Assembly (NCBI GenBank): GCA_964016885.1
Contig: OZ024741.1
Span: 166,656,001 to 166,720,000 of the forward strand
Source: Eledone cirrhosa
Lineage: Eukaryota
Length of the DNA stretch: 64,000 bases
Reading direction: 5' to 3'
Made by a program: the position numbers and the translations under genes. Numbering within the stretch: position 1 is the stretch's first letter; the number at the start of each line of letters is the position of its first letter. Positions 63,661 to 64,000 of the stretch are shown piece by piece. The notes beneath the pieces were generated by a model, which worked only from the letters and a program-made list of their open reading frames with translations, did no database searches and was not told the DNA's origin.

Positions 63661-64000
63661 TACATACATACATGGTGGCTGCCAACTCGTTTTCGAGTAC
63701 GGCCACTACTTTATATCCATGTAGGAGAACCCCTACCTATGCGCTGAACGAGTGTGACTTTTTAGTCCAGCCAGCGACTTGAAAACTCTGGTACAAACAC
63801 TACACTTGTGACAATTATTGACACATAGTGCTGGGCCCATGGTACCATGTGATGACAAGTGCAGAGAGATCTCCAGATATAAAGCAATGCCTGTGCCGTG
63901 AAGCTTTTATAGTGAGCAAAGGCACTGCACAAAGCCAGTCCCACTCTCTTAACCAAGATGATATTTACCAAAAAGAAGAACAAGTCAACATCATTGGATA
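63661..64000 (-). mobile_element. Bipartite non-autonomous RTE derivative, copy D (runs off the window)
   Basis: Same 3' end as copies A-C, with a short (ATGT)3 tail abutting unique DNA. Confidence 0.78.

Overview
AT-rich eukaryotic DNA made almost entirely of transposable elements and long (TA)n/(TACA)n microsatellites. The SINE/LINE repertoire suggests an octopus or other cephalopod genome (inference). No host protein-coding gene could be supported, and the many YIYI/MYVC ORFs are microsatellite artefacts. The retroelements are (i) an RTE-clade LINE family with one near-full-length copy (~22990-26580) and several fragments, whose reverse transcriptase carries a PHD finger inserted between RT motifs 6 and 7; (ii) a near-intact R4/Dong-type RLE retrotransposon plus a truncated copy, both sitting in TACA/TA arrays; (iii) a ~600-bp bipartite non-autonomous RTE derivative with an (ATGT)n tail; (iv) CR1/L2-group, CRE-like and Penelope relics; and (v) many tRNA-derived Meta- and CORE-type SINEs. 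The DNA elements are non-autonomous Helitrons, a Chapaev3-like transposon with CACAGTG termini and a TAA target-site duplication, and a hAT relic. Several type-I hammerhead ribozyme motifs are present, two of them within fold-back palindromes. The most interesting signals are the PHD-in-RT LINE, the hammerhead mini-elements, and an apparent microsatellite seeding/targeting relationship between element families. Element boundaries were read by eye and are approximate unless termini or TSDs are quoted.
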